Of a stretch of 64,000 nt of DNA, positions 6,730 to 14,635 are shown piece after piece. The notes under the pieces are model-generated. The model saw nothing but the letters and a program-made list of their open reading frames with translations, had not been told where the DNA came from and did no database searches. Position numbers and translations under genes: made by a program. Every line of letters starts with the position of its first letter. Position 1 is the first letter of the stretch. Origin of the DNA: Candidatus Peribacteria bacterium (GTDB lineage: Bacteria; Patescibacteriota; Gracilibacteria; Peribacterales; Peribacteraceae); the NCBI GenBank assembly GCA_023245765.1, contig JAHFJP010000005.1, positions 997 to 64,996 on the forward strand, in the 5' to 3' direction.

Positions 6730-9240
6730 ATGCCTTCACAAAAAATCCGTTGTTCGGCAGCGCTCCTGGTCCTGTGCATGGTGCTCGGTCTGTATCCCGG
6801 AAGACTCATTGCGAGTACCTGGAATCCGACACTTCTCGTGAATACGGAATCCTTCGAGACGATTGATTCCGGTGACAAGTCGACGAATATCGAATTCCGC
6901 TTCGGCGATAATGCGGACAAGAGAATCTCCTGGAACATCGTCGGAGCCGGCAGCGGTGCGTTCAAGTTCACGAAAGCGGCCTACATTCAGGGAAACTTGA
7001 CGGCGACCGGCTCACTCAGTGTGAAGAAAACAATCTCTGGCGCGACGCTGCGCGTCGACGGCAATGGTGACATCTGGGGAAGCTTCGCCGCAACCGGCTC
7101 GATCAAGACAAAATCCGGTGCGATCATCAACGCTGATAATGACACCAATGATGCCCTGCTTGTCTTCGGGAACTCGACAGCGAACCAGACGCTGAAGTTT
7201 GTGCATGCATCACAACGCTTCCAGTTCACCACCAACGTGAGCGTACTCGGCAACCTCTCCGGTGCTACTATCAACGTGAATAACCTGCGGAGTTGCGACA
7301 CGATTGATACCGATACTGCGGGACGCTTTACCTGCGGGACTGACACCGGGGGCAGTGGTCTCAGTGTAAGCGACGGGGATGCTCGATACCTCCTGAAGCA
7401 GGGAAACACGAAATGGAGCGCGATATCCGGTGCCCTCTTGATCTACAAAGGCGCAACGTCTCCCACCGTACCGCCGTTGGCCGATACGGGAGTGGTCCTG
7501 GAGGTGATCGGAACAGTTTCAGGTAGCGTTATCCATGCCCAGAACCGTCTCGAATCATCGGGATCGCTGCTTGTGACCGGCAACGGCAAGTTCGACGGCG
7601 GTACGCTCTGGATCGATTCGACGGCCAACAGAGTGGGCGTCAATAACCTCGCTCCGGAAAGCACACTGGAAGTCTCCGGAAACATGTCGGGTCGCCTGAT
7701 TCATGCGCAGAACCGGATCGAATCTTCCGGATCGCTCGTCATCCGGAGCAATCAAACTCAGCCCGTGCTTGCGAGTTCGGGCTCAAAAGTCGGCATTGGG
7801 AAGTCAGTGCCAAACAGCGCGCTCGACGTTGCCGGCACAATCTCTGGATCCGCATTGACCGTGAGCAGCTTGAAGGCGTGCAGCATCCTGCAGACGAACA
7901 CCGGTGGTGTTGTCTCGTGCGGCGGTATGGTGGTCAAGAGGAAGCCGACGACCCAAACCGTCAATAACACGGTTGTCCCGGTCCACGACGCATCGCAGTC
8001 GTTCAAGCTCGCGGCAAATGACACATGGGTGTTCCGGTTCAGTAACCTCGTCAGGGCCGCTACGGCAAGTCAAACAATGCGATGGCACGTCGCCGGTCCG
8101 CCGGGCTCTACCTGCATATACGGCGCTGTGGATATCGATACTGGCATCACGGGGACAGGTGCTACCGTGTGCAACTATGCCGTTGTTACGACTGCAGCGG
8201 CGAAAGCGAACAACATTTCCACCGTTGAGGTCTATGGAACAATTTTCAACGGTGCGACTGCGGGAAGCGGGTACATCCGGTGGGGTCAGCACATTGCGGC
8301 GGCAACCAATACCCAAGTGCTTTCGGGCAGTACGGTGATCGCTTTTAAGCCTGTCGGGTCCGACATTGCCGAGGTCTATCGCACGCGAGTGCCCAATCTG
8401 ATTCCCGGTTCCGTTGTGAGTGTCGATCCTAAACTCCCGTCAGGCGTCATTCGTAGCACCAGAGCGTATGACGAAAAGATGCTTGGTGTGATCTCCACAA
8501 AACCAGGAATGCTGATCGGAGGAGATGATCTACTCGATGGCAAAGGCGGTCTTCCGGTCTTCCTCGCGCTTGCCGGCCGTGTGCCCGTGATGGTGACCGA
8601 CGAGAATGGGCCCATTGCGCCCGGTGATTACCTCACGTCATCCTCCAAGCCGGGACTGGCGATGCGCGCAACCCGGGCTGGACCGGTCATTGGTAAAGCG
8701 CTGACGGGATTTAGTGGACCGGGTGATGGCGTCGTCACTGTGTTCGTCCAGAATTCTCTGTTGCCGGATTCTCTCAGTGACACGCCTGTGCGAGATCTCG
8801 CGGGGGATCTGGCGCTAGGCACTATTCCAGATTATGTGCTGCCTGTGGGCTCCCTCACTCGCGGGCGTACAGCACGCATTACAGCACGGGGAACGTACAG
8901 CACGGGGTCTGTTCCCGGCACTCTCTCGCTTCAGATTTTCCTCGGCTCGATTCCACTCTGTGATACCCGTGAAAACGCCTACGTTCCCAACGTTCGTGAC
9001 CGCAGTTGGACACTTGACTGCACATTCACGGTTCGTAGGAATGGAATTCTCGGAGAAATAGACGCGCAGGGACTGGCTATCCTCTCGACGACTCGCACCG
9101 AGGCTCAGACGATCGGCTTGGAAAATCTACAGACGATTCGCGTGAATACGGCGAAGGCAAACTCTCTTCGTTTCCGTTCAAACGCCAGTCCACCGCAGAA
9201 CGTGCATCTACGTCAAATGGTCGTGCAATTCCTCAACTAG
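6730..9240 (+). CDS. secreted tail-fibre-like surface protein, paralogue 3 (multi-domain, 836 aa)
   Basis: Has a signal peptide. Its N-terminal 180 aa are homologous to the 5226 ORF. Disulfide-loop motifs SCDTIDTDTAGRFTCG and ACSILQTNTGGVVSCG. VGIGKSVPNSALDVAGTISG and RVGVNNLAPESTLEVSGNMSG are tail-fibre-type motifs. A beta-sandwich-like middle domain is followed by the SDIAEVY...GRVPVMV...GDYLTSSSKPGLAMRAT...GKAL module and a 160-aa terminal domain. Confidence 0.8.
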   Translation: MPSQKIRCSAALLVLCMVLGLYPGRLIASTWNPTLLVNTESFETIDSGDKSTNIEFRFGDNADKRISWNIVGAGSGAFKFTKAAYIQGNLTATGSLSVKKTISGATLRVDGNGDIWGSFAATGSIKTKSGAIINADNDTNDALLVFGNSTANQTLKFVHASQRFQFTTNVSVLGNLSGATINVNNLRSCDTIDTDTAGRFTCGTDTGGSGLSVSDGDARYLLKQGNTKWSAISGALLIYKGATSPTVPPLADTGVVLEVIGTVSGSVIHAQNRLESSGSLLVTGNGKFDGGTLWIDSTANRVGVNNLAPESTLEVSGNMSGRLIHAQNRIESSGSLVIRSNQTQPVLASSGSKVGIGKSVPNSALDVAGTISGSALTVSSLKACSILQTNTGGVVSCGGMVVKRKPTTQTVNNTVVPVHDASQSFKLAANDTWVFRFSNLVRAATASQTMRWHVAGPPGSTCIYGAVDIDTGITGTGATVCNYAVVTTAAAKANNISTVEVYGTIFNGATAGSGYIRWGQHIAAATNTQVLSGSTVIAFKPVGSDIAEVYRTRVPNLIPGSVVSVDPKLPSGVIRSTRAYDEKMLGVISTKPGMLIGGDDLLDGKGGLPVFLALAGRVPVMVTDENGPIAPGDYLTSSSKPGLAMRATRAGPVIGKALTGFSGPGDGVVTVFVQNSLLPDSLSDTPVRDLAGDLALGTIPDYVLPVGSLTRGRTARITARGTYSTGSVPGTLSLQIFLGSIPLCDTRENAYVPNVRDRSWTLDCTFTVRRNGILGEIDAQGLAILSTTRTEAQTIGLENLQTIRVNTAKANSLRFRSNASPPQNVHLRQMVVQFLN

Positions 9241-9271
9241 GGCTACATGCTCTACAAACCCTCTTCGGGGC

Positions 9272-10219
9272 TTATGGTGCATTCAAATTCTCGACGAACC
9301 TATAGATCTGTCCCGATACTTCGCGTGCGAAATCCGAGATGCGCTGTTCTTGTCCTTTCTCCGCTTCGCCCAGTATGCACAGAATGTAGGGCCGCTTTGG
9401 AACGTAGACGATGCCGCAATCCAGGCGAACACGCTTGCCGGAGTTGGGCGAATCGTAAATGCCGATCTTGTGTGCAACCGGAACACTTGCGGGAACACCT
9501 GCAGGAATGCCATCGTGGAAAATGGTGTCTGTGAGGAAGGTGAGAATTTTCTGGGATCCTTCGTAACTCAGATAGCAGGAAAGGTAGAGGCAGCGGAAAA
9601 CAGACGAGTAGTTCTTTGGACTCACAACGGGTTGATCACTCGACCAATCAACGGGAATATCGAGTGCGTCATAGATCTTTCGTATTGGATCCGCTGACGA
9701 AAAATGGTCGAGTGCCAGAGCTGCCGTATTGTCCGACTCCCTTAGCGTAAGTTGCATGGCTTCATCAACCGTCAGCGTCGCGCCTTCGCCGCGTTTCCAC
9801 AGCGAACCGAAGTTCGGATCAAGGTCTTCTTTCTTGAGCGTGATGACCGTGTCTTTTGTCAATTGACCCGTCTCTATCATTTTATAGATGCCCATGATGA
9901 ACGGGACTTTTATGAGACTCGCAGAGATAAACTCGTCTGTTGCATTGACCCCGATGGAAACTCCCGAGGGCAGGTACTCGAAGTACACTCCGGTCCGCAT
10001 GTTCTTCTGAGCAGACACGAAGGCGTTGAGCTCGCTGCGCAAATCTGTGAAATTAATGATGATATCGTTTCGGTTCTGGATGAAAATACGTGGAGAGAGC
10101 AGTGGGTATCGGTCACGTTCATTTGTCATCTGACCAAGGAATTGTCCAGAACCGATCATGCCCACGATCGCGATGTTTAGCGCAACACTCGCTGCCAAAA
10201 ACCACCGAAGGTGCTTCAT
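9272..10219 (-). CDS. class A beta-lactamase-like serine hydrolase (membrane-anchored)
   Basis: 315 aa with an N-terminal TM segment. SxxK (SASLIK), SDN (ESDNTA) and a KTG-like motif (HKIG). Confidence 0.7.
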   Translation of the reverse strand: MKHLRWFLAASVALNIAIVGMIGSGQFLGQMTNERDRYPLLSPRIFIQNRNDIIINFTDLRSELNAFVSAQKNMRTGVYFEYLPSGVSIGVNATDEFISASLIKVPFIMGIYKMIETGQLTKDTVITLKKEDLDPNFGSLWKRGEGATLTVDEAMQLTLRESDNTAALALDHFSSADPIRKIYDALDIPVDWSSDQPVVSPKNYSSVFRCLYLSCYLSYEGSQKILTFLTDTIFHDGIPAGVPASVPVAHKIGIYDSPNSGKRVRLDCGIVYVPKRPYILCILGEAEKGQEQRISDFAREVSGQIYRFVENLNAP

Positions 10220-10231
10220 TGGCTCCGCATC

Positions 10232-12595
10232 CTACAGACTCGACTCATCTCCCCGCAAGCGCTTTAGGAGTGTGGCATTCGTCGGGAGCTTCTCCGCGGG
10301 AATGCTTCGCTTCTCCCACTGTTTCCGTAGTGCATCCAGATAGCCTTTTTCACCGATCAACCGGTCGATGAACTGTTGCGCTGTTTTGGCAAACCGGCTC
10401 TTCTTTCCGTTTTCGAGCAGTGAGTGAATGACGGTGACAAACGCGTCTTCACCACCGCGAACTTCGGCGCGCACATCATCCAGCACAGCGTCGAGGATAC
10501 TTTGCTCATCCAGGCCCGCGAGGAACTTGAGATCCTTGTCCGTCCCCGATGGGAAGTAGTGGTTCACGCCGAGACGGCGCAGTGAGCAGGGGAGCTGGAA
10601 GTCGGCGATGACGTCGGCAACCTGTGTTGCCAATCCTCCTTCACTGTGGTGATCCTCAACGACGATCAGGTGCGACGTCTCCAGCGCCGCGCGGATGATC
10701 TCGGACGCGTCGAACGGACGAATGCATCCGACGTTCAGCACGCGAACGCGTTTTTTTTCCTCGTTCCAAAGCCGGTCCGCCGCCGTTACGGCATCGTGCA
10801 CAGGAATCCCGATCGCGATGATCGTCGCGTCATCCGTTATGTCGCCGGCCCCGCGCACGACGTCAATCTTTCCGTCGAACGAATACTCTTTGCCGTAGAT
10901 GATCTTGCCTTTTGGTGTTTTCAACTGCTCATGGCCGGAGCGCGGGAAGAAGGCGTACACGCTCTGACTGCCATCGGCGACGATTTCCATTGCACGCTCG
11001 GCTGCGGCAGCTGCTTGATTCGAGTCTGCGGGCATCCAGATCTGCGTGTGGTCGAGCGGGATGTTGAGGTAGTTGCGTTCCTGGTGAGTCTCGCCGTCTT
11101 CTCCTACACTCAGTCCCGTGTGCGTGCAATCGTGTAAGACGCCGCAGCGGGTGTGGCCGCAGTTGACGTCGATCAATCGTGCACTGGCCCGTGCCTCATT
11201 CGTGCCGAACGCGGCGAACGTGTAGGTCACGGGGAGAAGGCCCGCCTGGCGCATGCCTGCGGCCATCATGTACATATTCGCTTCCGCAACGCCCACGTTG
11301 ATCACCCGATCGGGGAATTCTTTGCCGACTTTATCGAAGCCGCCGGAGCCCGCGAGGTCCGCATGCAGAACAACAATGCGCGGATCGGCCTTCATCAGCG
11401 CCTTCAGATGTACGGAGCCAAACTCCTGGCGTGCCGCACCTTTCTCGGTCGTGATGGTACGCGCGTAGCCCTTCAGGGTTTTCGTGGAAAAGGGGAGGGC
11501 GCTCGGGACCGGGACCGGGACGGGGCTCGGACGGAATTTCTCGTAGCCTTTGACGAGTTCAGGGAGCGACCGAAGATCTTTCAGAGCTGCCGCTGCAACG
11601 TCATCCTTCAGGGGGCTGCCGTGGAAGTTGGCGGCACCGGTGTTCGATCCGTCTTCCATGATCTTCACGCCATGTCCCATGGTTGTGTAGTAGCAGATGA
11701 AAATCGGATGACCTTTGCCCTTCTGGGCATCAGCGAGGTCGAGAGCGGCGACGACTTGTGCGGGATCGTTGCCGTTCTGCACTTCGATCACCGTCCAGCC
11801 TGCAGCAGCCGCAATCGCCGCCATGTCGGCCGCGACCACTTTGCTGGGCATGTCGGAGAGCTGGATGTCATTGAGGTCCAAATGGACGATCAAATTATCG
11901 ATCTGCAGATGTGACGCAAGACGCATTGCCTCCATCACTTGTCCTTCCTGACAATCGCCGTCGGCGAGCAGGACATCGACCGTTCCTTTCTTCTTCAAGA
12001 ACTTCAGCCCAAATGCTTCGCCGAGTGCATTGCTGACGCCTTTCCCGAGCGGCCCGGCGCCAAACGGAATATCGCCAATGCCGGCTTCCGCGTGCCCCGG
12101 CAATCCGGACGGCGTTCGGAACGTATCAATGATCGCCTGTGGGGACGCGAGACGCTTGTCACGACCCTCGCGATGCATCAGCCATTGCATGCCATAGGCG
12201 AGCAGACTCAGGTGTCCGGCGCTCATGCGGAAGGCTGGATCAATTCCTGGAGTCCTCCTCTTGTGGACGAAATACGTGAAGGTGAAGGCGGAGAGGGGAC
12301 CGCCAGGGTGGCCGGACTTGTGCTTGGTCGGCGCCTGGATGCACAGGTGCGCCATGATCAGATGTGCAAGTGTGTACGCCTCCAGATCGCCGCTGGAGAT
12401 CTTCTTCTCATCTTTCGGACCAATCCAATGTCGCTCGCCCGGGTGCGATGCCGCTGCGACGCGTTGGAGGGACATGGGGACGTCCTTTGGGTCCTTGCCA
12501 ACCAATGATTTCGGATCGGGACGGACGCTTGGCATGGGACGATTGTATGGATTTGGCGGATGAAATGCCATTGTCATCATCCACCCACGCATCAT
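10232..12595 (-). CDS. tkt: transketolase (long form, 787 aa, with N- and C-terminal extensions)
   Basis: Motifs GHPGGPLSAFTF, ADGDCQEGQVMEA (TPP/Mg site) and THTGLSVGEDGETHQ. There is an extra helical tail of about 100 aa. Confidence 0.85.
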   Translation of the reverse strand: MMRGWMMTMAFHPPNPYNRPMPSVRPDPKSLVGKDPKDVPMSLQRVAAASHPGERHWIGPKDEKKISSGDLEAYTLAHLIMAHLCIQAPTKHKSGHPGGPLSAFTFTYFVHKRRTPGIDPAFRMSAGHLSLLAYGMQWLMHREGRDKRLASPQAIIDTFRTPSGLPGHAEAGIGDIPFGAGPLGKGVSNALGEAFGLKFLKKKGTVDVLLADGDCQEGQVMEAMRLASHLQIDNLIVHLDLNDIQLSDMPSKVVAADMAAIAAAAGWTVIEVQNGNDPAQVVAALDLADAQKGKGHPIFICYYTTMGHGVKIMEDGSNTGAANFHGSPLKDDVAAAALKDLRSLPELVKGYEKFRPSPVPVPVPSALPFSTKTLKGYARTITTEKGAARQEFGSVHLKALMKADPRIVVLHADLAGSGGFDKVGKEFPDRVINVGVAEANMYMMAAGMRQAGLLPVTYTFAAFGTNEARASARLIDVNCGHTRCGVLHDCTHTGLSVGEDGETHQERNYLNIPLDHTQIWMPADSNQAAAAAERAMEIVADGSQSVYAFFPRSGHEQLKTPKGKIIYGKEYSFDGKIDVVRGAGDITDDATIIAIGIPVHDAVTAADRLWNEEKKRVRVLNVGCIRPFDASEIIRAALETSHLIVVEDHHSEGGLATQVADVIADFQLPCSLRRLGVNHYFPSGTDKDLKFLAGLDEQSILDAVLDDVRAEVRGGEDAFVTVIHSLLENGKKSRFAKTAQQFIDRLIGEKGYLDALRKQWEKRSIPAEKLPTNATLLKRLRGDESSL

Positions 12596-13224
12596 TCCCG
12601 TGGATTATTCCGGATGTATCGTCGTATGCGGTCCAATGCATCGTTGTCACGGATGATTCGGTCATGAAAACGCGGTTGCCATCCAAAATCGATGCCGTGT
12701 TTTGTTGCATACGATTTCACACCGATTTTGAATCCCCGGATGACCGATGCCAAATTCCGTGATTGGGGTCCGAAATGATTTTGATGCCCGCGTTGTAGAG
12801 ACGCAAAATTTTGCGTCTCTACGTCGCATGGATCATGGCAAATCCGCAAAATGCCGTGCACGTGATCCGGCATTACCACAAACGCATCCGGACGAACCAA
12901 CGGAAAATGTTCGGGAATCGATTCCCAACATTGCCATGCGATCGCGCCCATTTCGTTCACACACATAATGCGGTTCTGAATATGTCCGAATATTGGCATA
13001 CGATTACATGTACACATCGTCACAAAATACCAACCCGATGAATAATCATGGTCCCGCATTCGCGCGGATTCGACCCGGTATCGTTTATGGAAAAACGTCA
13101 TGAATTCATCATGTGCACCTCTGGCATATCCCGAAATACCCTCCTCAACATTTTCTTTTTGATGTCGCAGATTTATCGCTTGTGGAAGACACAAATTCGG
13201 TTCCACAACCCCGTGGAACATCAC
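12592..13224 (-). CDS. IS200/RayT-like HUH (Y1) transposase-family protein, standalone
   Basis: Motifs YSSGWYFVTMCT, FVVMPDHVHGIL (HUH), FGPQSRNLASVIRGFK and WQPRFHDRIIRDNDALDRIRRYIRNNP. The true start may be the internal ATG at 13101. It overlaps the tkt start by 4 nt. It contains the perfect palindrome at 12795-12822. Confidence 0.7.
   Translation of the reverse strand: MMFHGVVEPNLCLPQAINLRHQKENVEEGISGYARGAHDEFMTFFHKRYRVESARMRDHDYSSGWYFVTMCTCNRMPIFGHIQNRIMCVNEMGAIAWQCWESIPEHFPLVRPDAFVVMPDHVHGILRICHDPCDVETQNFASLQRGHQNHFGPQSRNLASVIRGFKIGVKSYATKHGIDFGWQPRFHDRIIRDNDALDRIRRYIRNNPRE
12795..12822. repeat. perfect 28-nt palindrome GTAGAGACGCAAAATTTTGCGTCTCTAC inside the RayT-like CDS
   Basis: Read directly from the sequence. 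It is translated in frame as VETQNFASLQ. Confidence 0.95.
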
Positions 13225-13970
13225 CGTTCTAGGATCACCATCGCCTTCTTCCCGCCGCGAATCTCCTCCTTCACCCCCGTCCAGTCATGAATGGCGTCCA
13301 GGAGCGTCTGCGCGCGATACGTGTACTGCTGTCCGCGCTTGGTTCCCGGGTCATTCGTGATGAAATAATCACCGGTCCACCCCGGCTTGTAGCCGATGAT
13401 GGTGAGCGCGTGGTACCAGGGACCCTCACCGCTGAAGTACGGATTTCCGAGATCGCGTCCCGCTGCGGGGATCACGATTGGGTTCCCGGCGGCGAGTTCT
13501 TCGATGATGGATTCTTCGGTGACGTCCGTCCTGACACGGGCACGCAGTCCGAATTTCGATCGCGCGACTTCCGCCATTTGCGCGGCGGTCAGATCATCTC
13601 CATATCCATGATCATGCTCCCATGCGACGAGATCCTGAATCTCATTTTCGGCGATCTGCGGCGTCAGCGGCTTCCCGTTGAAGTAATGAATAACCATCAG
13701 CATCGCCATCTCTTCACAAGATTCTTCATGCAGAGCATCCCAATTTGCAAAGGGGGCTTGGGAGGAGAAGGGGACGGGCAGAGGGGGGATTGATTCCCCG
13801 AGACTTTTTGATGTTTCACTTTTCGCGTCTGAAGCCGAGGAAATCGAAGAAGCCAAGGATGCCGAGGAAAAAGATTCCGAGGAAACCGAGGAATCCGAGG
13901 ATATTTCCGAGGAGGAGTTACAGCCTGTGAGAATCAGAACTCCGATAAAGATGAGTGGTAGGCGGCGCAT
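13221..13970 (-). CDS. peptidase C39-like (C39_2) lipoprotein
   Basis: The internal start gives MRRLPLIFIGVLILTGCNSS (lipobox LTGC), then a Ser-rich linker. VPFSSQAPFANWDALHEESCEEMAMLMVIHYF is typical of Peptidase_C39_2-type proteins. Confidence 0.65.
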   Translation of the reverse strand: MRRLPLIFIGVLILTGCNSSSEISSDSSVSSESFSSASLASSISSASDAKSETSKSLGESIPPLPVPFSSQAPFANWDALHEESCEEMAMLMVIHYFNGKPLTPQIAENEIQDLVAWEHDHGYGDDLTAAQMAEVARSKFGLRARVRTDVTEESIIEELAAGNPIVIPAAGRDLGNPYFSGEGPWYHALTIIGYKPGWTGDYFITNDPGTKRGQQYTYRAQTLLDAIHDWTGVKEEIRGGKKAMVILER

Positions 13971-13976
13971 AGGACA

Positions 13977-13984
13977 TGTAGAAT
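13977..13984 (+). promoter_or_regulatory. -10 box TGTAGAAT, 6 nt before the tal start codon (leaderless arrangement)
   Basis: TAGAAT at 13979-13984, ATG at 13991. Confidence 0.5.
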
Positions 13985-13990
13985 ACAGCC

Positions 13991-14635
13991 ATGAAGCTCT
14001 TCTTAGACACCGCCAATGTCGATTATGTCGCCGAAATTGCGGAGTGGGGAGTTCTGGATGGCGTGACCACAAATCCGAGTCTCGTCGCAAAAGAAGGCAA
14101 AGATTTCAAGCAGACCGTTCTCGGCATGTGCAAGCACGTCTCGTGTGTGAGCGCCCAGGTCACCGCGACCGATGCGAAGGGCATGATCAAGCAGGGTGAG
14201 GAGTACGCATCGTGGCACAAGCACGTCGTCGTCAAAGTCCCGATGACGACCGAAGGTCTCAAAGCTCTCAAGTATTTCCGCTCCAAGGGCATCAAGACGA
14301 ACACGACGCTCGTCTTTTCGGTCTCGCAGGCCATCCTTGCAGCGAAGGCCGGTGCCAATATCATCAGCCCCTTTATCGGGCGGCTGGATGATGCGTCTGA
14401 GGATGGCATGGGCCTGATCGCCGAAATCATGGAAGCCTGGAGTAACTACAAATTCGATTGTGAGGTTCTTGTCGCCTCCACCCGTCACCCCCGCCACATC
14501 GTCGACGCCGCGCGGCTCGGCGCACACATCTGCACGATTCCCTACGACGTGTTCAAAAAGCTCCCGATGCACCCGCTCACGGATAGCGGAGTGAAGAAGT
14601 TTTTAGAGGATTGGGAGAAAGTGAAGAAGGGTTAG
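13991..14635 (+). CDS. tal: transaldolase, short Fsa/TalC type
   Basis: 214 aa. MKLFLDTANVDYVAEIAEWGVLDGVTTNPSL and VVKVPMT motifs. Confidence 0.9.
   Translation: MKLFLDTANVDYVAEIAEWGVLDGVTTNPSLVAKEGKDFKQTVLGMCKHVSCVSAQVTATDAKGMIKQGEEYASWHKHVVVKVPMTTEGLKALKYFRSKGIKTNTTLVFSVSQAILAAKAGANIISPFIGRLDDASEDGMGLIAEIMEAWSNYKFDCEVLVASTRHPRHIVDAARLGAHICTIPYDVFKKLPMHPLTDSGVKKFLEDWEKVKKG

Noticed and set aside
1934-9240. Prophage or phage-remnant interpretation of the tail-fibre-like locus.
   Set aside because: There are no capsid, portal, terminase, tail tube/sheath, lysis or integrase genes, and no att-like direct repeats were seen. All three fibre-like proteins have Sec-type signal peptides, which suits cellular surface proteins.
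5226-9240. A diversity-generating retroelement as the source of the paralogue C-terminal variability.
   Set aside because: There is no reverse transcriptase gene in the window, and no template/variable repeat pair with adenine-specific differences.
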